From Candidatus Eiseniibacteriota bacterium (lineage in GTDB: Bacteria; Eisenbacteria; RBG-16-71-46): 64,000 bases of DNA. The notes beneath the pieces are model-generated. The model had not been told where the DNA came from and did no database searches. It was given only the letters and a program-made list of their open reading frames with translations. Positions 36,590 through 45,488 of the stretch are shown one piece after another. The stretch spans positions 64,001-128,000 of the forward strand of contig CAVUWA010000009.1 in the NCBI GenBank assembly GCA_963744995.1. The letters run 5' to 3'. Both the position numbers and the translations under genes were made by a program. The stretch's first letter is position 1; every line of letters starts with the position of its first letter.

Positions 36590-38719
36590 ATGGCGGTCCG
36601 TTCTTCGACCTCCTTCAAGAAACATCACGGCCTGTCCGCCGCGGAGCTCATCGCCCTCTACCGCAACATGTTCATGTCGCGGCGGCTCGATGACGAGGAG
36701 ATCCGGCTCAAGAAGCTGAACCTGGTCTTCTTCCAGATCTCGGGCGCGGGACACGAAGCCGTACTCACCGCCGCCGGCAAGGTGCTGAAGCCCGGCTACG
36801 ACTGGTTCTACCCCTACTACCGCGACCGCGCGCTGTGCCTGCAGCTCGGCATGAGCGCCGAGGAGATGCTGTCCTCGTCGGTGGCTGCGGCCGACGATCC
36901 CAATTCGGGCGGCCGGCAGATGCCGAGTCACTGGGGTCACGGCGATCTGAACGTAGTCACGCAGAGCAGCCCGACCGGCACGCAGTTTCTGCAGGCGGTC
37001 GGCGCCGCCGAAGCGCTGGTGAAATACGCGGCGCTCGAGAAGGACCACCCCGAGCTCAAGGGCCGCGTGAAGGGCGACGAGGTGGTCTACGTCTCGGCCG
37101 GCGACGGCACCACCAGCGAGGGCGAGTTCTGGGAGGCGATGAACAGCGCCTGCAACCTGAAGCTGCCGGTGCTGTTCCTGATCGAGGACAACGGTTACGC
37201 GATCTCGGTGCCGGTGGACGTGCAGACCGCGGGCGGCAACGTGGCGCAGCTGGTGCGCAACTTCCCGAACCTCCACTGGGTCGGCGAGATCAACGGCAAC
37301 GATCCGGTGGAGTCCTACGGCATTCTCAAGGAAGCGGTGGACTACTGCCGCGCGCGCAAGGGACCTGCGTTCGTGCGCGCCACGGTGACCCGTCCGTACT
37401 CGCACTCGATGTCCGACGACGAGTCCAAGTACAAGACCAGGGCCGAGCGCGCCGACGAGGCCGAGCGCGACTGCCTGCGCACGTTTTCGCGCTACCTGGT
37501 GGATGAGGGCGTGCTCGACGAGGCAGGGCTCGAAACCCTGCACCAGGAGGTGCTGGCCGAAATCCAGGAGGCCAGCGAGCGCGTGCAGAAGAAGTCGCAG
37601 CCCGATCCGGCGACGGCGCTCGAGTACGTCTATTCGCCCGACGTGGATCCGACCTCCGACGCCTTCGCCACCGAGCCGAAAGTCGACGATCCGCAGAAGA
37701 CCGAAACGATCCTGCAGCAGATCAACTACTGCCTGCGCGACGAGATGCGGCGCGATCCGCGCATCGTGATGTTCGGCGAGGACGTCGCCGACGCCTCGCG
37801 CGAGGAGGCGCTGGAGGAGACCAAGGGCAAGGGCGGCGTGTTCGGTGTCACCTGGGGGCTGCAGAAGCTGTTCGGCGGCGAGCGCGTCTACAACTCGCCG
37901 CTCGCCGAGGCGAACATCGTCGGCCGCGCCATCGGACTCGCGACCATGGGCCTGAAGCCCGTGGTCGAGGTGCAGTTCTTCGACTACATCTGGCCGGCGT
38001 TCATGCAGATGCGCAACGAGCTGTCGACGATCCGCTGGCGATCGAACAACGTGTTCAAGGCGCCGGCGGTCATCCGCACCGCGTACGGCGGCTACCTGCG
38101 CGGCGGAGCGCCCTACCACAGCCAGTGCGGCGAGACCCTGTTCACGCACACGCCGGGGGTGCGCGTGGTGATCCCGAGCGATGCGATGGACGCGAACGGG
38201 CTGATGCGCACCGCGATCCGCTGCGACGACCCGGTGCTGTTCCTCGAGCACAAGCACCTCTACCGCCAGCCCTACGCGAAGGCGCCGTACCCGGGGCCGG
38301 ACTACATGGTGCCGTTCGGCCGCGCGCGCAGGGTGCGCGAGGGCTCGCACGTCACCGTGGTCACCTACGGCGCGCTGGTGCAGCGCAGCTACCTCGCCGC
38401 GCAGGAAGCGGCCGAAGAGGGGATCGAGACCGAGATCCTCGACCTGCGCACGCTGCAGCCGGTGGACTACGAGGCGATCGCGAAGTCGGTGCAGAAGACC
38501 GGTCGCGTGATCCTCGCCCACGAGGACGTGATGTTCTGCGGTTTCGGTGCGGAGCTCGCAGCGTGGATCGCGAGCGAGCTGTTCATGGATCTCGACGCGC
38601 CGATCCGGCGCGTGGCGGCGCTGGACTGCTTCGTCGCCTACGCGCCCACGATGGAAGACCACATCCTGCCGCAGAAGGACGACGTGCTGAAGGCGATCCG
38701 CGAGACCGCGGCGTTCTAG
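36590..38719 (+). CDS. 2-oxoacid (probably branched-chain) dehydrogenase E1, fused alpha/beta subunit
   Basis: [29 protein letters not shown]...DNGYAIS (TPP motif), [32 protein letters not shown] and FLEHK. Confidence 0.93.
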   Translation: MAVRSSTSFKKHHGLSAAELIALYRNMFMSRRLDDEEIRLKKLNLVFFQISGAGHEAVLTAAGKVLKPGYDWFYPYYRDRALCLQLGMSAEEMLSSSVAAADDPNSGGRQMPSHWGHGDLNVVTQSSPTGTQFLQAVGAAEALVKYAALEKDHPELKGRVKGDEVVYVSAGDGTTSEGEFWEAMNSACNLKLPVLFLIEDNGYAISVPVDVQTAGGNVAQLVRNFPNLHWVGEINGNDPVESYGILKEAVDYCRARKGPAFVRATVTRPYSHSMSDDESKYKTRAERADEAERDCLRTFSRYLVDEGVLDEAGLETLHQEVLAEIQEASERVQKKSQPDPATALEYVYSPDVDPTSDAFATEPKVDDPQKTETILQQINYCLRDEMRRDPRIVMFGEDVADASREEALEETKGKGGVFGVTWGLQKLFGGERVYNSPLAEANIVGRAIGLATMGLKPVVEVQFFDYIWPAFMQMRNELSTIRWRSNNVFKAPAVIRTAYGGYLRGGAPYHSQCGETLFTHTPGVRVVIPSDAMDANGLMRTAIRCDDPVLFLEHKHLYRQPYAKAPYPGPDYMVPFGRARRVREGSHVTVVTYGALVQRSYLAAQEAAEEGIETEILDLRTLQPVDYEAIAKSVQKTGRVILAHEDVMFCGFGAELAAWIASELFMDLDAPIRRVAALDCFVAYAPTMEDHILPQKDDVLKAIRETAAF

Positions 38720-38729
38720 ACGTCCGGCT

Positions 38730-41252
38730 TCAGTGACCCGGCGGCGCCGCGCTCTTCGCAGCGCGGGGCGTTTCGTTTCCGGGCACGAGCAGCGTGGTGC
38801 GTGCCCCTTCCGCGCGCATGAGACGCGCCCAGTCCATGTCGAGCTCGACCGGCACGTGGTCCGCCCAGCGCTGTTCGAGATCGGTCGCGTGCGGCCCCTC
38901 GAGATCCCCCGAGTTGCCGGGGGTCACCATCACCCAGGCGCGATCGGCGACGCCGAGGTCCACGACGTTTCGGAACACCGGCGCGTGCGTCACCGCCGTG
39001 TGCCCCGGCAGGAGGGAGGCGCCCACGCACGGCGTGCCGCCGTCGCCGTCCACGGCGAGCGTGTCCGGCATGTGCGCGGCGACTTCGGGCCGGTCGCCGA
39101 GCGGGTGGCTGAAGCGGGCGCGGTGTACCGCACCGTAGGCGCGCGGGGGGCCGGCAGCGTCGAGCACGGGGCCGAGCGCCGCGAGGGCGTCGCCGAGCGC
39201 GGCGGTGACCGCGTGGGCCGGCGGGTCGGCCCGGCCGGTCGCGGGATCGGTCAGCGACTCCGGCGCACGACCGTCCAGCGCCGCGGCCAGCCGCCCCGGC
39301 AGGCCGTCGAGTCCCGTGCGGTGCTGGAGCGTGTTGAGCCACGCCCAGAACAGCGCCGGGGCGAGCCGGTCGCGGGCGGCCTCGAGGTGCCACGCGGCAA
39401 GCGTGTCGAGCGCGGCGCGCTCGGCCGGACTCAGGCGATCCGCGGCGGAGTCCGCCGCGGCGAGCAGCATCGGCAGGAAGCGCGCGGCGCGCAGCGAGAA
39501 CCGGTCGGCCTGGACGTCGATCAGCGAATCCGCGGTCACGCCGCGTGCGCCGCGCAGGCGCTGGTCGATGCGGATGGCGCGATCCATGGACCAGTCGAAA
39601 CGCGGCAACGGCACCGGGAACGCGGCGCCCGCGGGCAGGTTGTTGGCGCTGACCACCCAGCCGTCCGCCGGGGCGCGCCAGGCCGGCATCTCGGCTGCGG
39701 GCACGATCCCGAGCCATTCGTCGCGGCCGTCGCCCCGCGCCGGTCCGCGGCCCGGGTCGTGCGCGCGCCACGGCAGCGCGCCCGCGGCGCGATAGCGCAC
39801 GTCGCCCGAGCGGTCGGCCATCACCACGTTGATCCCGGGCGTCACCAGCGTCGCCCAGCGCGCGTCGAGTTCCGCGGCGCTCGCCGAGCGCTCGAGCCCC
39901 ATCATTCGGGTGAGCGAGACCGAGTCGGTGAGCGCGCTCCAGCGGAGGCCGTAGGCGATGCGCGCCTTGCGATCCCAGATCAGGATCGGGCCGTGCGGAC
40001 CGTAGCGGCGCGACTGCCCGAAGGGCGGCAGCGGAACGCCGAGGAAGCGGTAGCGCATCGTGAACGGCTCGACGCGCACCCGGTGCCATGCGCCGTCCGG
40101 GCCTTTGACCGAGCGGCCGTCGGTCGAGATCGAATCGGCGTACACGTCGAGCATGTCGGCCGAGAGCGCGGTGATGCCCCACGCGCAGTCGCGGTTGCGG
40201 CCCGACACGATCGCCGGCAGCCCGGGCGGGAACGCGCCGGCGGCATCCACCACGCCGGGCACGGTGACGTGGATCGCCATCACCGCCGACGGCACCGTGA
40301 GGCCCAGGTGCATGTCGTTCGCGAGGACGGGCATGCCGTGCGCGCCGCGGCGGGGCCCGACGGCGAACGCGTTGCTCGCGCGGCCCGGGCCGGATTCGCG
40401 CCGGCCGAACGCGGCGCGCAGCGGTTCGACGGTGGCCTCGAGGCTGCGGGCGAGAGCGGCGGAGGCGGAGGTGCGTCGCCTCGCCCGGGGCCGCGGACCG
40501 TCCCCGCCCGCCGCGCGAGCCGCCGCCGCGCCGGCCGCCGGCATGCCCCGCCAGATGCGCCGCGCGGCGCTGTCGGGGATGGTCGCGTACTGGACGCCGG
40601 ACTCGTAGCGGCGCAGATCGGCGACGCCGGCCTTGCCGAGCGAGTCGACGAGCGCGCGCTCGCGCAGCTCCGAGAGATCGAGGTCGAGCAGCACGCCCAG
40701 CGACCACAGCAGCAGGCAGCTGTCCTCGGGGCGCCAGCGCTCGGGCGTCACCCCGAGCGTGCGGAACTCGACCGGCCACGGCGCCGCGCCCCGCTCGCAG
40801 CGCTCGAGCCAGGCGTTGATGCCGTCGGTGTAGCGCCGGAGCGCGGGCCCGACGCGCGGATCGTCTCTTTCGCGCGCCCACAGCCGCGCGGCGTAGCCGC
40901 TGAAGCCGAGCAGCTGGGCCGCGCCGTCCGCGCGCAGCACGCCGTTGCCCATCCAGCGCCAGCGCTCGCCGCGCGCCGCGGCGCGGTTGTGCATGATCTG
41001 CCACAGGCGCTCGCGCGCGGTCACGTAGCCCCAGGCGAAGTAGAGATCGTCGAGCGACTCGGCCCTCACGTGCGGGATGCCGTTTGCGTCGGTCACGATC
41101 CGCACCGGCGCCGTGAGTCCCGGGGCGTGCACCAGCGAGTCGGGCGCGAACGCGGCGCGCGGCGCGTGCCCGGGCCCGCGCGCGCATCCGGCGAGCGCGC
41201 ACGCGACGAGCGCGAATGTCACGGACGCGAATGCCGTTCGTGTGGATCGCAT
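38730..41252 (-). CDS. Penicillin acylase/acyl-homoserine-lactone acylase family Ntn hydrolase, probable lipoprotein
   Basis: LAGC lipobox; DANGIPHV, GYVTARERLWQ, YTDGINAW, ASNAFAV (nucleophile Ser), LANDMHL, SANN and PGNSG. Confidence 0.88.
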   Translation of the reverse strand: MRSTRTAFASVTFALVACALAGCARGPGHAPRAAFAPDSLVHAPGLTAPVRIVTDANGIPHVRAESLDDLYFAWGYVTARERLWQIMHNRAAARGERWRWMGNGVLRADGAAQLLGFSGYAARLWARERDDPRVGPALRRYTDGINAWLERCERGAAPWPVEFRTLGVTPERWRPEDSCLLLWSLGVLLDLDLSELRERALVDSLGKAGVADLRRYESGVQYATIPDSAARRIWRGMPAAGAAAARAAGGDGPRPRARRRTSASAALARSLEATVEPLRAAFGRRESGPGRASNAFAVGPRRGAHGMPVLANDMHLGLTVPSAVMAIHVTVPGVVDAAGAFPPGLPAIVSGRNRDCAWGITALSADMLDVYADSISTDGRSVKGPDGAWHRVRVEPFTMRYRFLGVPLPPFGQSRRYGPHGPILIWDRKARIAYGLRWSALTDSVSLTRMMGLERSASAAELDARWATLVTPGINVVMADRSGDVRYRAAGALPWRAHDPGRGPARGDGRDEWLGIVPAAEMPAWRAPADGWVVSANNLPAGAAFPVPLPRFDWSMDRAIRIDQRLRGARGVTADSLIDVQADRFSLRAARFLPMLLAAADSAADRLSPAERAALDTLAAWHLEAARDRLAPALFWAWLNTLQHRTGLDGLPGRLAAALDGRAPESLTDPATGRADPPAHAVTAALGDALAALGPVLDAAGPPRAYGAVHRARFSHPLGDRPEVAAHMPDTLAVDGDGGTPCVGASLLPGHTAVTHAPVFRNVVDLGVADRAWVMVTPGNSGDLEGPHATDLEQRWADHVPVELDMDWARLMRAEGARTTLLVPGNETPRAAKSAAPPGH

Positions 41253-41312
41253 GATCGTTCTCCCAATCGCGTGTGCTAACGTGCCGCGCACTATCGGCGA
41301 AACGGAGGCGCG

Positions 41313-42221
41313 ATGACAATCGGTCTCGATCTGGGAGGCACGGATCTCAAGGCGGGGCGGGTCGACGCCGATGGAGTGCTCGACGGTTTCGAGCGCCGTC
41401 CCTCGCGCGCCGCCGAGAGCGCCACCGCGCCGCTCGATGCCGCCATCGAGGTCGCACGCGCGCTGCTCGCGCGCGGCGGCGTGCATGCGGTCGGGCTCGG
41501 CGTGCCGGGCGCGATCGACCCGGCGAGCGGCGCACTGGTCGGCCGCACGCCCCACTTTCCGCACTGGGTCGACGAGCCGATCGCGGCGCGCCTCGCCGCG
41601 GCGCTCGGCGTCCCCGTGACCGTGGACAACGACGCCAACGCCCACGCCTACGCCGAACATCGCCTGGGGGCGGCGCAGGGTGCCCGGGTCTCGATCACCG
41701 TGACGCTCGGCACCGGCGTGGGCGGTGGCATCGTCGCCGGCGACCACGTGCTGCGCGGCGCTTTCGGGGGCGCGGGCGAGCTGGGCCACATGCCGCTGGG
41801 GTCGGGAGAGATGGCCTGCGCGTGCGGCATCGAGAACTGCGCCGAGCCCGAGATGTCGGCGAGCGGTCTGGTGCGTGCGGGTCGCGCCGCCGGGCTCGAG
41901 GTGTCGTGCGGCGCCGACGTGTTTGCGCTGGCCGCGCGCGGCGAGCGCACGGCGATCGTGTTGATCGATCGGATGGGCGACCGTCTCGGCGCGGCCATCG
42001 CCGCCGCCATCGGGATCGTCAATCCCGACGTCGTGGTCATCGGCGGCGGGCTCGCGCAGGCCGGCGAGCCGCTGTTCGCCCGGGTGCGCGCGGCGGTGGG
42101 CCGCTACGCCCTGCCCTCGCACCGCCGCGGCCTGCGCATCGCCCCGGCAGGACTCGGCGAGCAAGCGGGCGTGATCGGCGCGGCGTTGCTGGCGGCTCAG
42201 GCGCATGGCGTGGGGGACTGA
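41313..42221 (+). CDS. ROK family sugar kinase (glucokinase-like)
   Basis: GLDLGGT, VDNDANA, TLGTGVGGG, GAGELGHM, CACG..NCAE and AGVIGAA. Confidence 0.92.
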   Translation: MTIGLDLGGTDLKAGRVDADGVLDGFERRPSRAAESATAPLDAAIEVARALLARGGVHAVGLGVPGAIDPASGALVGRTPHFPHWVDEPIAARLAAALGVPVTVDNDANAHAYAEHRLGAAQGARVSITVTLGTGVGGGIVAGDHVLRGAFGGAGELGHMPLGSGEMACACGIENCAEPEMSASGLVRAGRAAGLEVSCGADVFALAARGERTAIVLIDRMGDRLGAAIAAAIGIVNPDVVVIGGGLAQAGEPLFARVRAAVGRYALPSHRRGLRIAPAGLGEQAGVIGAALLAAQAHGVGD

Positions 42222-42355
42222 GGGGCCATCGGGCCGCCCGGCCGATATCTGATGTACACTGCGGACCCAGGTCCAAGCGGCGGTGTCCGTCGCACCGGGG
42301 TCCACCCGATCCCGGCGGCAAGGCGGATCAGTCCTCACCAAATCAGGACGATGCA

Positions 42356-43048
42356 ATGTCACGAACGCTCACACCCCGGTGGTGGCTCGTCGTCGTGGCC
42401 GGGTTCCTTTGCCTGCTGCCTCTCGGAGCGTGCTCCGGGAAGCAGGATTCAGGGCAGCTCGCGCAAGGGGACGCGCAGAAGTCGGAAGAACCGGCGCCAG
42501 CCGAGGCTGGGCCCGCGGAGGCCGTCGAGCCGGTGGGGGAACCGGCGGCGCCGCCCGAAACCGCCGCAGAGACCCCGGGGCCTTCGGCTCCCGCCCTGAC
42601 GCCCGCGCCCAAGGCAAAGACGGAGACGCCTCCCGCCCCGCCCGCTCCGAGCGCCTCACCGGGGGCTGAGACGCCCGCACCGTCCAAGGCGCCCCCGGAA
42701 GCCGCGCCGCCGCCGCCGCCACCTGCCGGAATCGTGGCGGTGCCCGCCACCAAGCCAGGCCTCAGCCGTGTCGGCCCGGAGAAGTGCAAGCTCTGCCACA
42801 AGCTCCAGTACAACTCGTGGGTGGCATCGGCGCATGCGGCGCGGAAACCACCGCTCGAGTGCGAGTCGTGTCACGGAAACGGGAGCGAGTACGCGACCCT
42901 CTCGATCATGAAGGACATCGAGAAGGCGCGCGCCGCCGGGCTGGTCATTCCCGAGGAATCCTTCTGCAGGACCTGCCATACGACCAAGTGGCAGGACGAC
43001 ATGCTGCAGCGGGTGCACGCACACAAGCCCAGCGCGCCCCAGGACTGA
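42356..43048 (+). CDS. Triheme cytochrome c lipoprotein with long Pro/Ala-rich linker
   Basis: LGAC lipobox, about 100-aa PAE-rich linker, then CKLCH, CESCH and CRTCH heme motifs with extra His residues (SAHA, RVHAH). Confidence 0.85.
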   Translation: MSRTLTPRWWLVVVAGFLCLLPLGACSGKQDSGQLAQGDAQKSEEPAPAEAGPAEAVEPVGEPAAPPETAAETPGPSAPALTPAPKAKTETPPAPPAPSASPGAETPAPSKAPPEAAPPPPPPAGIVAVPATKPGLSRVGPEKCKLCHKLQYNSWVASAHAARKPPLECESCHGNGSEYATLSIMKDIEKARAAGLVIPEESFCRTCHTTKWQDDMLQRVHAHKPSAPQD

Positions 43049-43099
43049 AAACAGGCGGGGTCGCGAGCATTCCGTTCATGGGAGCGTTGCGACGATTGG

Positions 43100-43140
43100 C
43101 CGTGCGGCCGACCACCCCGTCGTTGATCTCCGCCGAGATC
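43100..43140 (+). repeat. 41-bp direct repeat of a miaB-internal segment (second copy at 43792-43832)
   Basis: ccgtgcggccgaccaCcccgtcgttgatctcCgccgagatc versus ccgtgcggccgaccaTcccgtcgttgatctcGgccgagatc, 39/41 identical. Confidence 0.9.
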
Positions 43141-43582
43141 CCGGGCTGAGCGTGTTCGGCCGGACCAACGGCCGCATGACGCCGGATGGCTGCCTCGCCT
43201 CCTTCAGCGTGTACGGCTCGTTTCCGGACGGGACCGGTCTCGACCCCGCGCAGACCTATTGCCCTTGGGAGTTCGTCCACGACCTCGCGCAGGTGGGGTC
43301 GCCGGGCGGTCCGCGCTCCGGCGAGATACTGCCGCGGCGAGCATCTACGACTGCAACCGGTCCTCCGCCTACGGTTGCGTCATCTTCACGCCGATTCTCA
43401 CGTCGCCCGCCGGCGTCACGCCCATGCGCTGTGCGCCGGATCCTTGATCCGGCCACACGAGCAGCCGCCCCGACACCGACCTCCTGGATCGGTCGCGCCC
43501 CGCGTGAGGGATCTGGTCTTACCCGGATCCGGGAGAAGTGGAAGCGTCCTTGCTGCGGGTCGGCTCGCGGCGCAGGGGCGGA

Positions 43583-44917
43583 TCAGGCGATGTGGAGGAG
43601 CGGGCCCTTCCGCTCCGGTTCGCTCGCGACCGCCTCGCCGATCAGCGTCTGCGAGGTCGAGCCGATCACGCGCACGCGCGCGACCTGTCCGGCCGGCGTG
43701 CCGTCGTCGGCGAACACGACGTTCTTGAAGTCGGCGCTGCGGCCGAACAGCTGGCCGTCGCGCTTGCCGAAGCCTTCGACCAGCACTTCGACCGTGCGGC
43801 CGACCATCCCGTCGTTGATCTCGGCCGAGATCGCGTTCTGCTGGTCGATGAGCAGCGTGAGCCGGCGGCCTTTCTCCTCTTCGCTCACCGTCTCCGCCGA
43901 GCGCCACGCCTTCGTGTCGGGCCGCGCCGAGTACTTGAACAGGAACGCGCTGTCCCAGCGCACCTCACGCATGGTGTCGAGCGTCGCCTGGAAGTCCGCC
44001 TCGGTCTCGCCGGGGAAGCCGACGATCAGATCGGTGCTCAGCGCGAGGCCGGGAATCGCGGCGCGCAGGCGCGCGACCACGTCGCGGTATTCCGCCATCG
44101 TGTAGGTGCGATTCATCGCCGCGAGGATCGGGTCCGACCCGGACTGCAGCGGCAGGTGGACCTGGGGCGCCACCTTGTCGCATTCGGCCATCGTGGCGAT
44201 CACGCGATCGCTCATGTCGCTCGGATGCGGCGAGGTGAAGCGGATCCTGAGCAGGCCGTCGAGTGCGTTCGTCGCGCGCAGCAGGTCGGCGAAATCGTGC
44301 GTGCCGTCGTGGTAGGAGTTCACGGTCTGACCGAGGTAGACGATCTCGCGGAATCCGGCGGCGACCGCCTCGCGCGCCTGGCGCAGCAGATCCTGCAGCG
44401 GCAGGCTGCGCTCGCGGCCGCGGGTGTAGGGAACCACGCAGTACGTGCAGAACTTGTCGCAGCCGCGTTGCGCGGTGATCCAGGCGCGCACCCCGGCGCC
44501 GCGCTTCGGTTCGAGATCGCCGTAGGTCTCGTCGCGGTCGAGCCGCACGTGCGCGACCGGTTCGCCGGCTGCCGCGCGGAGCAGCTCGGGCAGGCGGCGG
44601 TAGCCGTCCGGGCCCACCACCAGATCCAGCACACGCGCGTCCTCCAGCAGCTTCCTGCGCAGATGCTGGGCCATGCAACCGGCCACGCCCACAACGAGTT
44701 GCGGGTTGCTCTTCTTGAGACGCGCGAAGTCGCCGAGGCGCCCGATCACACGCTGCTCGGCGTGCTCGCGGATCGCGCAGGTGTTGATGATCACCGCGTC
44801 GGCGTCCTCGGCGCGCCCGACCAGCGCCATGCCCGCGTGCTCCAGCACGCCGGCCATGAGCTCGCTGTCGGCGACGTTCATCTGACAGCCGTAGGTTTCG
44901 AGGAAGACCCGCTTCAT
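43583..44917 (-). CDS. miaB: tRNA-2-methylthio-N6-dimethylallyladenosine synthase MiaB
   Basis: ETYGCQMN, INTCAIRE.AE, GCMAQ, GCDKFCTYCVVP (radical SAM), TSPHP, HLPLQSGS, IVGFPGET, YSARP and a C-terminal TRAM domain. Confidence 0.96.
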   Translation of the reverse strand: MKRVFLETYGCQMNVADSELMAGVLEHAGMALVGRAEDADAVIINTCAIREHAEQRVIGRLGDFARLKKSNPQLVVGVAGCMAQHLRRKLLEDARVLDLVVGPDGYRRLPELLRAAAGEPVAHVRLDRDETYGDLEPKRGAGVRAWITAQRGCDKFCTYCVVPYTRGRERSLPLQDLLRQAREAVAAGFREIVYLGQTVNSYHDGTHDFADLLRATNALDGLLRIRFTSPHPSDMSDRVIATMAECDKVAPQVHLPLQSGSDPILAAMNRTYTMAEYRDVVARLRAAIPGLALSTDLIVGFPGETEADFQATLDTMREVRWDSAFLFKYSARPDTKAWRSAETVSEEEKGRRLTLLIDQQNAISAEINDGMVGRTVEVLVEGFGKRDGQLFGRSADFKNVVFADDGTPAGQVARVRVIGSTSQTLIGEAVASEPERKGPLLHIA

Positions 44918-44926
44918 GAGGCGCGG

Positions 44927-44935
44927 ACGATAGCA
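44927..44935 (-). promoter_or_regulatory. Putative extended -10 for miaB (near-leaderless)
   Basis: TGCTATCGT ends 9 nt before the ATG. No SD sequence. Confidence 0.35.
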
Positions 44936-44985
44936 CGGGGCGCCGGGAGCGGCCAGACCGCGGGGGCGGCTCGCGCGGGCGCGCG

Positions 44986-45014
44986 TTGACGCGGCCCGCG
45001 CGAGCCGCCATGCT
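44986..45014 (+). promoter_or_regulatory. Putative sigma70 promoter for queF
   Basis: TTGACG-17 bp-CATGCT. Confidence 0.4.
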
Positions 45015-45036
45015 CGTTTTGCACTTCGGAGGATCG

Positions 45037-45459
45037 ATGCCATCCAGGCCCAGTCGCGCGCTGGTCACGTTCGAAAACCCAAGGCCCGGCCGCCCCTACG
45101 TCATCCGCCACGAGTGCCCCGAATACACCGCGATCTGCCCGGTGACGGGGCAGCCGGATTTCGGCACGATCGTGGTGCGCTACGTGCCGGACGCGCTGTG
45201 CGTGGAGCTCAAGTCGCTCAAGCTCTACCTGTGGTCATTCCGGAACGAGGGCCACTATTTCGAGGACGTCACCAACCGGATCCTCGACGATCTGGTGAGA
45301 GCCGTGCGGCCGCTGAAGATGACGGTGTCCGGCCGCTTCAACGTGCGCGGCGGGATCGCGACCCGCGTGGTCGCCCGCTACCGCAAGGACCGCGACGGCG
45401 CGCCGCGCGCCGCACGCGCCAGAAAGGTGCCCGCCGCAGGGCGCAAGACGAGAACATGA
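45037..45459 (+). CDS. queF: NADPH-dependent 7-cyano-7-deazaguanine (preQ0) reductase, type I
   Basis: [31 protein letters not shown] and FNVRGG. GGAGG RBS. Confidence 0.93.
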   Translation: MPSRPSRALVTFENPRPGRPYVIRHECPEYTAICPVTGQPDFGTIVVRYVPDALCVELKSLKLYLWSFRNEGHYFEDVTNRILDDLVRAVRPLKMTVSGRFNVRGGIATRVVARYRKDRDGAPRAARARKVPAAGRKTRT

Positions 45460-45488
45460 ACAGGCGCCGCTGAGCGCGGGAGGGCCCG

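Noticed and set aside
36590..38719. E1 alpha/beta fusion as a novelty
   Set aside because: Fused E1 subunits are well known in Bacteroidota, Chlamydiae, Acidobacteria and other groups.
38730..42362. 1210-aa penicillin acylase, 938-aa acyl-CoA dehydrogenase, 597-aa PdxH and similar long N-terminal extensions in the ORF track
   Set aside because: The extensions overlap genuine neighbouring genes and lack motifs. Downstream starts give normal-length proteins.
44918..45036. preQ1 riboswitch upstream of queF
   Set aside because: The leader is very short and has no preQ1 stem or A-rich tail.
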